A stretch of DNA of 61,557 nucleotides, counting the filler, from Sphacelaria rigidula (Eukaryota), in NCBI GenBank assembly GCA_964200075.2. It is 7 parts of 7 records of this genome, joined end to end, with 100 filler letters (N's around TTAATTAATTAA, not from the genome) between each part and the next. Parts side by side here need not be neighbours in the genome. Positions count along the whole stretch, not along the records: positions 1 to 8,709 come from CAXNAA020010308.1; positions 8,810 to 17,518 come from CAXNAA020010309.1; 5 more parts are not named here. The stretch is one strand, 5' to 3'. This document shows positions 1 through 12,600 of the stretch, one piece after another (the stretch's first letter is position 1; the number at the start of each line of letters is the position of its first letter). The translations under genes were made by a program, and so were the position numbers. The notes under the pieces were generated by a model, which was given only the letters and a program-made list of their open reading frames with translations, was not told the origin of the DNA and ran no database searches.

Positions 1-18
1 TAGAAAGACGCCACTCAG

Positions 19-469
19 TGCGTGAGCTAGGCAACCAGGATACCGTCTTTTTTCGCTTGGTTTTTTTTTTGCGGTAGCCGTGATGGTGGTCGAGCTAGAT
101 CATACTGTTCGGGGTGGAGAACCCGAACTCCGCGCGAAGGGGATGATCGTACGTGGTGTTTAGATGGTGAGACACCCATGAGGCAGTGTAACCCGTGGCC
201 GTCTCTTGAAGTGGCCATACCAGAAAATGAAGCAACTTATTCGAGGTTGTCATCCATATGCAAGGTAATCAGTACGCTTCGGGCCGAACAATCTTAGCAG
301 GGCGCAGCTCACCCTTCATGCGACTCGCCGAACACATCACGGCGCTCCGCGCTTGGCGGTTGAGTGCGAGCCCGGTCCGGCGAGAAACCTACGTGCTGCG
401 TCCCGGCTTTGTAGGGGTGCGAGGTCAATGGTCATATGACTACGACATGCAACAATCATGAGTAGACCC
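19..469 (+). mobile_element. Dispersed ~450-bp repeat (family A, SINE-like), near full-length copy
   Basis: Reverse complement aligns along its whole length with 45774-46213; partial copies at 5559-5770, 26258-26327 and 52410-52660. Confidence 0.8.
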
Positions 470-1070
470 TAACCCCCTTAACTTGCCAGTACGGGAAGAA
501 GGTAACAATGGTGAATAGGGAACCGCACCAGGGTTCAGACCACAGTTTCGTGGGGAAAAGGTTGCTAATCCCGTTACCCCCATCCCCGGAACGCCTCGGG
601 GGTTTCCGCTGCTCTTCTGTTTTTTGCGTTTGCTTCGGCCAGATGTTGGTGTACACCACTTCTTGCACGTTGGAACGAAAAAGATGTTTGGCTGAGGCGT
701 TCCTGTTTTGATCATTCGGTGGCGTTTTCCGCGTGAAGGGACGGCCAGACGGATATGGTCGCCTCGGAACTATTTGCTCTACGAGTACTCGTACTGCGTG
801 AGAAAATTCCGGCACACTTTCACGTTTTTTGGTGCGCACAGTTTCAGCTTTGGGCGGAAAACGGAGAAATAAGCGGAAACTTGGCACATGGCGGAAAGTG
901 GCCGACCCTCCCGAAACGGCAGGGAGCGTCGATTCGAACGTCCATTTTTTCGCCGACTCGATACCGAACGCTCAACAACAACAGCGCATGGAAGAAGTTG
1001 TCACTCTGCAGCTACTCCGTGATACACTGGCAAACGTTTGGAATCAGCTGCATCAGCGAGGGAGCGCTTT

Positions 1071-1148
1071 TGTTGAGAAGCATAGTAACCACTGAGCTGC
1101 TCAGTCAGCCGCTGACTGAGTAGCTCAGTTGTTATTGTGCTTTTCAAC
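1071..1148. repeat. 78-bp imperfect palindrome (terminal repeat of the Copia relic)
   Basis: TGTTGAGAAGCATAGTAACCACTGAGCTGCTCAGTCAGC-C-GCTGACTGAGTAGCTCAGTTGTTATTGTGCTTTTTCAACA; the right arm recurs at ~2519-2556. Confidence 0.85.
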
Positions 1149-2556
1149 AAAAAGCTCATGTCCGAAGTTCGTTCAGCTGTAGAGCCACGAACTCGGATTT
1201 TTGTCGAGGAGCACAAAAAGCTCATGTCCTTCAGGAGGTCTATCAATCCTTCAACATCCTGATTATTTTTTCCAGATATCAAGATATCATCCACATAAAG
1301 CAGTGATGAGACTTCCCCATTGCTCTTGTTGTACAAACATGGGTAAGCTGTGGTTGTTACAAATCCTCTGCTCATCAACTATGGGTCGGTCGTTTTTAAT
1401 GCCAAACTCGAGAGGGCGAGGCGGAGACCACATAGCCAAGCTTTTAACTTTTCACACTTGCTTTGACTTCACGTCAGTACTCTTGAATGTCACCGGTGGT
1501 ATTACAAATACAGGAGGAGCATCCTCATTTTATTCTCGCCCGGAGATGCGCAGTTTTGATGTCCATTATCTTGAGAGATCACCTGTTCTTTCCTGCGTTT
1601 GCGATCACCAGCCGGACAGATTCTTGCGTGGCTATAGGTGCAGCCTCATTCACTTCAGTTTATTTCTTGTAGAATCCTTGCACCACCGCTCTCGACTTGA
1701 GTCGACTAAGCTTGCCATCCTTGTTACACTTCCTGAGGTAAATAAATCTAGATGGGAGAAGTTGGACGTTAGGATCAGTTGGTACGTCCACCAAGTCGAA
1801 AACATTGTTGTCTTTCCTCCAAGGACTTCTGCTCTTCCATCATGCGGGCACTCCGCCCCGAAGCATTATTTGCCATGGTTTCATCAGACATATATGAGAA
1901 TCACCAGACATGTACCCAACTTGACCTGCAGTTGTCGATCCAACAGTGTCGAAGCTGCCGGTAACCATGGCATATTCAATCCGCGCAAGAGGGGCTTCGT
2001 TGGAGACGTCAGCATCAGTATGGAGCGACCTCTGACTTGTACCAGGAGACAGCCCACGCTGCCGGTCACTTGTCCGAATCCGCGGAGGATCGTTGGGTGC
2101 TGGAGTTAGCGGCTCCTACCACAGAAGCTGATGTCCGGAGTTCGATCCTCACCCGTGACATGATTTTGTTGGCCAATTGATCATGGTCAGAAAATCGCCA
2201 ATAACCCTCCTTGCGGACTCCCGATGGGTATTATTTCGGTTGTTCATTCCGATGGGTACTATTCCGGACAAGTTGAGCGTTGATTACAGGGATTTCAACC
2301 CTTGGGTGAAATCCAAGTTCGTGGCTTGATAGCTGAATGGACTTCGGACGTTAGGTTTTCTTGAGAAACACAATAAGAGCTAATGTCCGGGGTTCGATTC
2401 TCACCTGTATCATGATTTTATTGGCCACTTGATCATGGTCAGAAAATCGCCAATAACCCTCCTTGCGGATTTCCGATGGGTAATTTTCCGGGCAAGTTGA
2501 GGAGCGTTGCAGTCAGCGCTGACTGAGTAGCTCAGTGGTTATTGTGCTTCTCAACA
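1071..2556 (-). mobile_element. Degenerate Ty1/Copia retrotransposon relic
   Basis: Minus-strand RT remnants (PCLY...LLYVDDILI in ORF 1001-1378; KSRAVVQGF and MDIKTA-like motifs upstream with stops and frameshifts). Ends are TGTTGAG...CTCAACA, with near-perfect 5-bp flanks CGCTT at 1065-1069 and 2557-2561. Confidence 0.75.
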
Positions 2557-2629
2557 CGCTTCAGTATTTTGTTTCTGGGAGGAGGGGGGGCCCACTCACT
2601 TTTTACTTGTCTCCGTCATTTGACCTTTG

Positions 2630-3180
2630 ACCACACTTCCCGGTCGAGACGGAGCATCGTTCCTACCTATGATGAATAGACCTCGAGCGTTTTGGCGCCC
2701 ACTACGTTTCTTCCGTGCGTTACACAAGAGCCTTTTACATGTCTTATCCCCTTCCTGTTTCGCCCCCTGTGGCCACCATCTATCTCCAAAATATGGCGAT
2801 CGTTTCTCGCTGATACCTCATGTACCAAACGATTTCATACCACGTTCGTTAACTGCCCACATTTCCCCCTCTAACACGCCCCGTTCGTCCTTAAATAATT
2901 CACGTTTTACCGTTAGTTTATATATATTCTACTCTCTATCGCTCTTGGCAATTCTGCGCATCTACTTCCTCCCGCACTCGACTACTAGCATACCTCTTTC
3001 TCATTTCTGGAAAGTTCAGGTCCCCCACCGAAAATCACAGTTTCAGCTTTTTTGCGTAGTCTGCTGGGCCGTGCAGATATGTTTCCATCCCCATCCCTTC
3101 TATTCGTCCCCGTAAATCTTCAGGTGCCTTCTCTCGTTCGCTCTCTGCCGTAGCACTTGTTCCCCCCCGTCTCTGCCTTC
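2630..3180 (-). mobile_element. LINE 3'-end fragment related to the element at 5775-8400
   Basis: CGAGACGGAGCATCGTTCCTAC (2644) matches CGAGACCGAGCACCGTTCCTAC (5801), and similarity continues for ~500 bp. Confidence 0.6.
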
Positions 3181-4478
3181 TCGTTTATTTTCGGGGGAGC
3201 GGGGGCGGGGGCGGAGGGGTGCCTGTCCTCCTCCCCCCCTTTCAAGTTACCCTGTTCGCCTTCCACACCTCTAGCGGACCGTTGCAGCTGGAGAGAGGAA
3301 ACAACAACTGAGATATATGCAGCGAAGCTGTAAGTTTGTTCTAACTGTTGTGCGGCTGTGTTCTCAATGTGTAATGCGCGCGCGTTTCGAGTGAATGATT
3401 CTTTTTTTTTTACGTTTATTTATGCCTTCTTGGCTTTTTGTTTAATTTTTTTTATTCCCTTTTTTTTCGTTTCATTTTTTTTTCCCCCGCGAACAAACAG
3501 ACCAAGTCGGCGGGTTTCATGGCCCGCGTATCGAGTCATCGGAAACACCCCAAAAAGAAGCTTCTCCCGGGAACCAGTAATAGGACGAGCGGCGTGGCTG
3601 TGCGATTTGGGTCACAGGTGTGGTGATGTTTTGATTTCGATTGATCTATTGTTGCATATTAACTGATCCACGAGGGACCCAGCCGGTGTCATTTTCCACC
3701 ATATTTACGTGTGTGTGTTGTGTGCGGTTGTGTGTGTTGTTAGCCCATCCATTCTGGACGGCCGCCATTCTACAGCTTTCAACATATGTGGGCGCATCAG
3801 CCAGGGGACGCCCTCAAGGTTCAACGATGACCACCTCGGTCCACCGTGTTGTTGCTATTTCAGTAGTGAAATATGGTTAGCATATAACTGCATTACGAGT
3901 CTTTCAGCCTTTGGGGCCACACTGGCCCCCTCAATATAAAGCGCGAGCGAAGCCGGGTTGACGCAGTTCCTTCCGCACTCCACAACGACAACAACAACTT
4001 CCCCCCAGGACGGACAGACCGTCATCGACCAGAACCACTGTGCAGCCCTCGTAAGGTTGGTGGATTGGTCATCTCTACATATTTACATACACGAATTATG
4101 CCCCCCACCCCGCCCCTCCTCTGAATCCATTGATTTGAGTGTCCCCGGAGTCGTGTCTTGAGCTCGAGTGTGCGTACTTTCATCCGTTGGTGTCTTACTC
4201 TTGACACTCTCAATGATCACACCGTGAAACTCTTTGCGTTCACCATTAGATTCAAAATTCGCCAGATGAACCTTTCGGTGCACTGCGATCATGAAAGTAT
4301 GCTACACAAACAATTGTTTTCAGTTTGACAGTATTCATGTGTCTGGGGTTCGGGAGGCAAATGACAGGGACCGGTCAGCCGTATCACGGGTGTTTGTGCA
4401 GGCGTAGGACGGTAGCTAGGGGATACCGACCAAGAATTCTTTGCCCACAAAGAAAACAATGAACGTCATAGACTATTC

Positions 4479-4526
4479 GGACCTCTGCCGAACCTCTGCC
4501 GAACCTCTGCCGAACCTCTGCCGAAC
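4479..4526. repeat. Tandem 11-bp repeat (GAACCTCTGCC) x ~4.4
   Basis: Directly visible. Confidence 0.95.
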
Positions 4527-5335
4527 AGATCACACGCTCCATCCCAAGTTAGGTAGGTTTAGTATGCGACAGCTGTAAATTTTTCATCGTATAGTTCTCG
4601 AGACAGGAAGCAACCCGGCCTGTGGCACTTCACACTCCCACGCACACACACTAGGCCCATTCAGTGTGGAGGCGGAGTTGCTCAATTCGCCACAGCGGAT
4701 CCGAAAAGCCCCAGAACGTTGGAGGAAACGCGTTTTCAGTACATTTCGTGTTTGGTGCAGCGGTTTGCAAAGTGCTGCGGCCTCCGCGGCACGCGTTACG
4801 GAAACCTGCTGCCACACTGGAAAGTTCTGGTGTGTGTGTGCGCGTGCATCAAACCGCAGTCCGATTCTCTGCTTCGTTGCCGAGAAAATTGCGTTGAAAT
4901 ATAAGCACAACATACTGCAACAAGAGAGGCACCACAACAACACAAGCAGCAGGTCTACCCTCCTGTTGTTGTAACCCTGTGTTCAGGTGTACTGCAACGT
5001 CAGTCACACGTGTGTCGTAGCATGTACTACAGCAATAGTACATTTTGTATGAGCGCCGTCGTCATTTCGAGTGACGCGTGTACTTGTGATTGATACTGAT
5101 TGGCTCATTTAGGTCTGATTTCTTCTGCATTCAACTGACTGTGGAGTTGTTCCATTTTTCCGGTATAGAGTGCCCCAAATCGGGCCCCATTCACGGGCAT
5201 AAGAGTAGTAAACACAGTACGCATGCACTTGACAACCTGCTCGCATCCGGGCCTGGCGGCTGTGTTTTTTCAATTTTTTCTCTTCCCCCTACGTTCTTGC
5301 ATTTTCATTCATATTTTGTCGAAATGAAATAACAG

Positions 5336-5539
5336 GAATCGACCTCGATGCTAGACCCGGCAAATCACACGAACGCTGCCGACGGTTTCAGCGCCGCAGA
5401 GATCCGCGCGGCGTTCCTTCGGTTCTTCGTTTCCGTGTTTCGGGGGTACCTGGCGCACGTGGTGATGCCCACCACTAGTTCGCCGTACCCGGAAAAGCTG
5501 TTCCAAAAGGAGGCGTTTCTGCGAAGCAGCGGACACCTG
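5336..5539 (+). CDS. Internal exon of a DENN-domain (dDENN) Rab GEF-like protein
   Basis: aacag|GAA...CTG|gtgag, 204 bp, phase 0/0. Encodes EIRAAFLRFFVSVFRGY...LFQKEAFL, typical of the dDENN module. Confidence 0.75.
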
Positions 5540-5558
5540 GTGAGAGTTTGACGGGGGG

Positions 5559-5770
5559 GGGTGTACTCATGATCTTGCATGCCATAGTCATATGACCATT
5601 GACGGGGAGGGGGCGGGGGGGGGGGGGGTACTCATGATTATGCTTGCCATAGTCATATGCGCGNNNNNNNNGCGGTGGGTGGTGTGTGGGGGGGGGGGGG
5701 GGGGGGGTTGTGGGGTGTGTGCTCTTGTTGCTGCTTGCCATAGTCATATGCGCGCGGGGGGTACTCATTC
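5559..5770 (-). repeat. Truncated end fragments of family A interleaved with poly-G and an internal gap
   Basis: GTACTCATGAT...GCCATAGTCATATG occurs about three times; likely collapsed or misassembled. Confidence 0.6.
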
Positions 5771-5774
5771 GTTG

Positions 5775-8400
5775 CCTGCCTTGGTCGTTTGCACCCTTGA
5801 CGAGACCGAGCACCGTTCCTACTCTCTGATAGAGACACCTTCAACATTTGGGCGCTCGTGGCGTTTCTTCAATACATGACGCAATGACCTTTTACATCTC
5901 TCATCCCCTTCCTGATTCGCGGTTCGTGGCTACCATGTTCCTCCCAGTAAAGCGATCGTTTTCTCCTTACTGTCTACTGTATCAAACGATTTCATGCCAC
6001 CTCCGTTTACCCTCTACATTTTCCCATGTAGTACGTTCCGTTGCTCTTTTTATACATCGAAGCAGTTCACATTCTGCCACTATGTGAGTGCTACTCTCTA
6101 TTGCTTTGCCATGGGGAAAATTCTGTGCATCTACTTCCCCCTCCTCTCGACTACTGGTATACCTCTTCCTTATTTCTGGTAGGTCCAGATCTCCCACCCG
6201 GAATCGTAGTTCCATTTTTTCACGGAGTCCATAGGGCTATGCAAATTTGTTTTCATCCCTATCCCCTCTCTCAACCCCCCGTATATCGTCAGGTGTTTTA
6301 CATCACCTACTTTGCGTCTGAACGCTTCTTTTCCCCTTATTTTTATCATGTCTCTTAACTTTGTCTTGTACCCCGCGCCTTCATTAATGGACATTAATGG
6401 ACATTAATGGACATCATCTTGTCTTTGTTTCCTCCCATTTCCTCCCGTACTTTCTCTACTACGCTGTCCGACCTTATTTCAGCCTTCCTTGTCGTCACTT
6501 TATTCCATAAGGTCTCGTCAACTATGAATGGCAATCTCTCTCTTGACATGCTCCTTTCGCTATATTGCCATTTCAGTTTTTTTAATGTCGCTTTGTGTCA
6601 AGTGGGTACATTACAATCTTCACTCTGCTCTCAATGCTGTATTTCTCGTCGCTTTTGGACATGCAAGTATTTTCTCAACTGCTGTAATCTGTACTGTTTC
6701 CAGATTCTTTACCAACTTCGCGTTCCCCTCCCATACTTCTGCATATTCCAGCTTTGGTACAATCCCATTTATAAGAATTCACCTCGTCATCCTAGTGTCT
6801 AGGTGCGAATCTCGTAGGATCACGTCCATGTTGCCTGTCTGTGGCTTACCCTGTTGTATCACTTTATTTATGTGCGTATCCCAAAAACATTTTTTTAGAT
6901 CTCTACGCGAAGGTATTTGTACTGGTCTACGATCGGCGGTTCCTCTTCTCCCCATTTCCATTTGAACTTTTTGGGGTTCTTGTGTTCGTTACATATGAGT
7001 ACCGCGCATTTGTTTACATTCGCTGTCGCTCTCCATTTCCTAGTTTACTCTAGTTTACTCTATTTCATAGCACCCTTTCTATTTGCTTCTGCAATCCTCT
7101 TTGTGTTTTTGATATACCCACGAAATCACCCGCGGAAATTAGGCCCGATACCGTAGCTTCCCCCGCCTCGACTCCTTTCTTTACTGCTTCTATTTCTATG
7201 ATCAGGTCACGAATAAATAATTTGAACAAAGTGGCTGATAACGTACATCCTTTTGCAAGTCCGTGTAAAATATCAAAATGTTTCGATACTCCCCCGTCTA
7301 GCATCATAGCACTTTTCGCACTTTCCGTCATCTTCTTCACCATTTTCCAAACTTTTCCTCCGATGCCAGTTCCCCACAAGTTTTTCCAAGGCCTTTTGTA
7401 CGTCCAGAAAGAAACCGTACATTGTCAGCCCGGCGTCTTTCTCACCTTGAATAGTCTTACCTAATGTGTACACATGGTCTACGCAACTACGGTTTGGTCT
7501 AAAACCGGCTTTCTCCCCTCGCTGTTTTTTTTAGCATCGTTCCCACTTTATCATCCAAAATCTTCCCTGCAGTGCTCGGTAGCGTCTTTCTTCTTTAATT
7601 CCCTGGGTCAGCCTTGTCTTCTTTCTTGAAAAACTTTACTACTACTCTCTCTTTCTACACCTCTTGGGTCTGTACTAGTTTTCCGATATCCGATTACGCA
7701 GCACAACTATCATGGTAATCATTTCCTCTCCCCCGTACCTTGAAAGTTCATTCACTATTCCGTCTGCCCTCCCTGCCATTCTGTTCTTGAGTTTAGCTAC
7801 ACACTCCGTCACTTCATCTCTGGTGAACTCTCTCGGCAATTCTTTGGAGCTACTATCCTCACGCTTTGATGCCATATTTGCCGCTGCCCACGCGTTGATA
7901 TATGTATCGAATTCCGTGTCGAGCCTCTTGTTAGTTTTTGGTGTTCCTTGCTTACGGTTGTGCTCGACTAGTACGTGTCCCCTTCCAACTACAAACCATT
8001 TTACCGTTGTGTGCCGGTAGTGTGGCTATCCCCTTGACTATATTCCCTGCTTGTTTTCCCATTTTTCCATTTATCCTTACCCACATTCATTCCATCCCGC
8101 CATCGAAACCTCCATTTGTATTATTCATTTACATGTTGCCATAATCCCTTCTTTTTCTTCTCTACCATTTTTCTTACTTCCTTTTGAGCTTAAGCATACT
8201 CTTCCCATTTTACCGTAGTATTCCTCCATACATATCGTGCATGTGCCTCTCTCCTTACTCTTACAGCCTCTTTTACTTGTGCATCCCACCATTTTACTAC
8301 TCTGTTGCATACGATTAGTTTCTCCCCCATGACTGTACTTGCCGTCGTCTCGACCAAATGCCCCCATTGTTCTAATGTTCAGGATTGATCGATCTTTTTC
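5775..8400 (-). mobile_element. Degenerate non-LTR retrotransposon (LINE) ORF2
   Basis: RT motifs in broken frames: FTRDEVTECVAKLKNRMAGRADGIVNE, FFLDVQKA, GLAKGCTLSATLFKLFI, and SAGD in place of YADD. Many stops and frameshifts. Confidence 0.85.
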
Positions 8401-8709
8401 CATTTCAGTATGAACTGTACGAGCTGGGCCAGCAGTGAATCCCGTATTTGTATGTCACACCATAACTTATCAAGTCTATCAAATCAGCCCGACTTGAGTA
8501 TATCGGTGTGACCTGCAGACCAACATGGTAACGCACGGGATCGCCGCTGAATGCAAAAAAATATGGAAAAAACTGTACTGCATGGAGTATCACCTAACCG
8601 ACGGAACAAAACAAAAAAAAATCCGTCGGGATTCGAACTCGTGACCTCCATATATATATATATATATATATTTCCTTGATGGAAGGAGGAAACCCAACCC
8701 AACACTTAC

Positions 8710-8809
8710 NNNNNNNNNNNNNNNNNNNNNNNNNNNNNNNNNNNNNNNNNNNNTTAATTAATTAANNNNNNNNNNNNNNNNNNNNNNNNNNNNNNNNNNN
8801 NNNNNNNNN
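8710..8809. other. Artificial contig spacer
   Basis: N44-TTAATTAATTAA-N44 (six-frame stop linker). Confidence 0.98.
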
Positions 8810-9610
8810 GTGTCCTTGCTGTTGCTGTTGCAGAACCTGCTGATGAGGAGGTGCGGCCACCTGTTGCTGTGGAAGCGGTCCAACAGCCTGTTGCTGATGG
8901 GGTGCAACAGGCTGTGGTTGCTGAACAGGTCCAACAGACTGTTGTTGCTGAGGGGGTGCAACTGCCTGTTGTTGCTGAACAGGGACGAAAGATTGCTGCT
9001 GCTGAGGGTGGGGGGCTTGCACTGGAGGCTGTTGACTTGACCCTGATGGGTAGAAGGGTTGGGCTTGCGGGTTCAAGGGATTTCCGCTCATCCTTTTGCC
9101 GATTTTCGAGTTGGCTATTCGGTACTTGAAACGATAACCTGCACACATATGCCATACGGATGTAAAAAAATCAGTCAACCGCACTTCACAATATCGACAC
9201 AGTATCTCACCGTCTCTTAGGCGCTTTGGGCAGAATGGGGTGAGAAACATCTGAAGTGGGATAAGACGGACAGCCTCAATTTTCCATCATAGCATAAGAG
9301 TGGAAATCAGAAAGGCAAGGTGAATAAGGGGAAACCGGAAAGCAGGAAAGCATGACAGAAAAAAATTGATCGTGCGACGGGTTCATGCGAACATTCGGCT
9401 CGAATTTCCCTAAATGGGGAATAATCAAGGATATTCTTCCGGGCTTCGGCCTCCTGTCAACCTGGAAGCATGCGGGGGGTTGGAAAATGTGGCTCCCATA
9501 AACCTGTTCGAACGAGCACGGTCTTGCTGTCTTGGGTTTCCGTCCTCCTTCATTTCCTGCATGTAGTGATTTCCTGCTTGTTTATGGGTGAGCTTATTGT
9601 ATAACGCACG
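8810..9610 (-). mobile_element. Probable 5' end of an LTR retrotransposon (Copia-like): PBS-like site and start of a Q/P-rich gag-like ORF at 9091
   Basis: Minus strand reads ...CGAACA|GGTTTATGGGAGCC (9510 to 9491), resembling the GGTTATGGGC half-tRNAiMet PBS of copia. ORF MSGNPLNPQAQPFYP...QQQQ runs into the contig end. Confidence 0.4.
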
Positions 9611-12600
9611 CATACTACGAAATCACACAAATTTCCCAATTCATTCACACGTTGTCTGGCACTAGCAAAGTGCATATTGTCCTCAATTATTACTCTCGTT
9701 GTCCAGCACCAGCCAACCACTCTGTCGATTTCTCTTTGATATATATTTCGGCGAAAAGGATGCGTGGAGCCCGTAGATCCTCAAGACCAGAAGCCCCATC
9801 CAGACGAATCCCAGAGGTGGTCAAACATGCCCGATTAGACGATCAACTCTTCTTGTAGTTGGTCGCCAGCGCGTGCAGAGTAGATAGACAACGGGAATCT
9901 GGATTGACGTTCCTTGTGCAAGTCTTTGGTGTGCAGCACTCTCAGTAGTTGCCCACTCGTGGAAGTGTTGAGGTGATCAACGCAGCCATGGGTGGGACAC
10001 TTAGGGGGTCCATGACTGATAGATTGATAATCCACCTACCCAAGAATCGTCGAATCAATATTGCGGAAGAGAAACAATATTATGGTCACTGCCTGAGTAC
10101 TCTTGGATGCGATCATTTCATGTATTTATAGCTGTGAACTAACTACGATACCCCTTTGGGTTTGGTCTATACCATATTATTGAAACACACCCCACAGCCT
10201 TGAGCTGTCCTGGCAGTGAGAACCACGTTGAGGTTACCTTCATTTTCATGACAATAAGCAATCCGACTAGCAGTACTTACCCCCCCTGACCAGGAGGTAG
10301 GGTAAATGTCGCATGTTTTGAATATCTTGGTTTAATGAACGATTCACTGGAGATTCATTGTAGACAGGTCACAATGCGTTTGGGTTATGGACGCATATTT
10401 CTACACCCCTGCGTGAAATTGATGCTCATTCAACAGATGACCTGCTCTCGTTGTCTAAAGGCTAAATGCATCCTCCTCAACACCCTACTCAACACGAGGC
10501 GACATTCCAAAACTGCTGTTCAGAACAGATAACAACACGCGGTGGTTTTGCGGCTGCATGTATTGATTTAAACTAACAGCACATGATCAGTTTCTCCGAA
10601 CTCTGTTAATTGCCCCGCATCATGCGTGCAAATCGATCAATAATACTATATCATCGAGTATAGCTAGAATCCAAAAGGATGCTTTTTGTTCTCCCTTGAA
10701 AAGTACACTGCATGTGCATCATCACTAGATTGAATGCCGAGTCAAGGAGTTCAGCGATATTCTCTTACTGGCTGTGAACAGTCAATACAGTCATTATATA
10801 CCGCTCTCCTGTAAACGCAGTCACAACTTAATCATCCGGTCGTTTGCAGAAGGTATAATTTTATGCCACGACCCTGTTTGAGAATAATTAACTGCCTATT
10901 TGTTGTGATCCCCGCGTTTTGCAATCACAGGGTTGCTTGTCTCACCAGTATACTATCGTAACGGTAACACTATGGCTGCGGACAACACAGCATTGCCCTT
11001 TGCAACTGTATTACTCTGCAATAACTGAGCGCACAGCAGCTGTTGCGCTCCACGTCCGGTGTAGTGGAATGAAGGTTCTCAGAATCTTTCCCGTGATCCA
11101 GTCGAATCAACCATCGTTAATAGATCCAGCTCTTTCCAGAAAAAGTTCCACGGCTTTTTCTAGAAAAAGTATCAGTCTGGCTTACTCGAAGCGAGAGAAG
11201 CGCGAGTCTCAAAAGGTGTAACCACAGCTGTAGCTTGGTGCACAATGCACTTAGATCGGTGTCCATTACATTCTAATCCACAGCCCACATCAGAAGTCGC
11301 TTGAGCTGTGAATACACCCATCATGGCTCCATGTTCCTCACTCTATCGCTGTCTGAGAATTGATACATCCGAGATAGCACCAGCACGCTGCGTCAGGCAT
11401 CATAGTCAATCTGACGTTTCACACTAGTGACAGATCATAAACTTGAATCTAACCCTCCCGATAGCATGCGCCCAGTGCCATGTCACGGTATCCAATAGCC
11501 GTGAACTGAATGCAAGCGGGTAGCACGAATGCCATGAACCTCAATCGTCACGATTTTTTCCTCCATGGGATATAACTGTCCTGGCAGCACCAGGTTGATT
11601 GATCACGTTGCCAAGTTGTTCAACCCATGAACTCGAGCGCTGGCTGTCAATCCAATGGTCAGATCATCCGTAATTATACTAAAAATATATGTATACGGAT
11701 AGTTTCTTTGTACATCGTACAACAATGCTCTCGGCACGACTGCTTGTGCGGGGTTTCCCGTGGTTGCAGACATGCATTAGCTACCTCTCATCGCCGCGAT
11801 GACTGCTATTCACAGCTGTAGCATTGTAGTCCGAACGGGTGTCTTGTCTTCGCCTGGAAACATCATTTTATGTTGTTAAAGGACCTCGTGCATCGAAAGA
11901 TATAGGTCGTTGGTATCTAAAATCTTCATCTAAAAATTTTTCATCGGTGAACGAGCCTTTGTGAGGTGCAGGGCAACTTGACCAGTTGACTTTTTCAGGA
12001 GGGTGCACACCTTCAATATCCGCTGCATGCTATACAAGTCTCCGTGTTTTATTTTCACCTCAGTGCAAACGGACGTTGTACTACCTCACCCGTGCGTTGT
12101 GTACAGCAAGCCTACAGCCGTTTTATAGCTTGGTGTGGAGACGATGTCAGTATGTAGCAGTATCGTGTCTGACCTAATTTTTATGTAATTACGCAGGTGA
12201 CAAATTACACGCGAAATTGCCCTTCACATGCTGCTTTACCGTGACATAGAGAGACACATGAAGCCCAGCGATAAACAATGATCGCCACTTTCACTCTGTA
12301 GACACACATCTTCAGTGACGCCGGACAAACCCAGTAGGCAGCGATTTAAAGTGTATACTCGATCGCCTGCTGACCAGTAGATTTACTTTGACATCCCCGG
12401 GTAACGTCTCGGTTTTACTTTTTTTGGTCCACGACCTCGAAGAGAAAAACAGGCGTCGTTTTTCGGACGGGTCTGGATTTTAACTCAAATGGTCCGCCAT
12501 TATATTGTTAGCTGCATGGGTATGAGCCCTTTTACTTACGTGTGTGGCGGTGCGTTATGTTATCCATTCATTTTACATGTACGCACTCAAAATTCAACCT

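Noticed and set aside
4009-4050. Possible 42-bp upstream exon of the DENN gene (DGQTVIDQNHCAAL)
   Set aside because: Splice sites and phase fit, but it is too short and lacks a diagnostic motif.
4479-4526. Short direct repeats (also the 13-bp GCAACGTCGCACA x3 at ~26951-26992) as a CRISPR-like array
   Set aside because: Head-to-tail with no spacers, no cas genes, eukaryotic context.
8754-8765. TTAATTAATTAA repeated at ~8.8-kb intervals as a biological periodic motif
   Set aside because: Always embedded in N44 flanks; an assembly linker.
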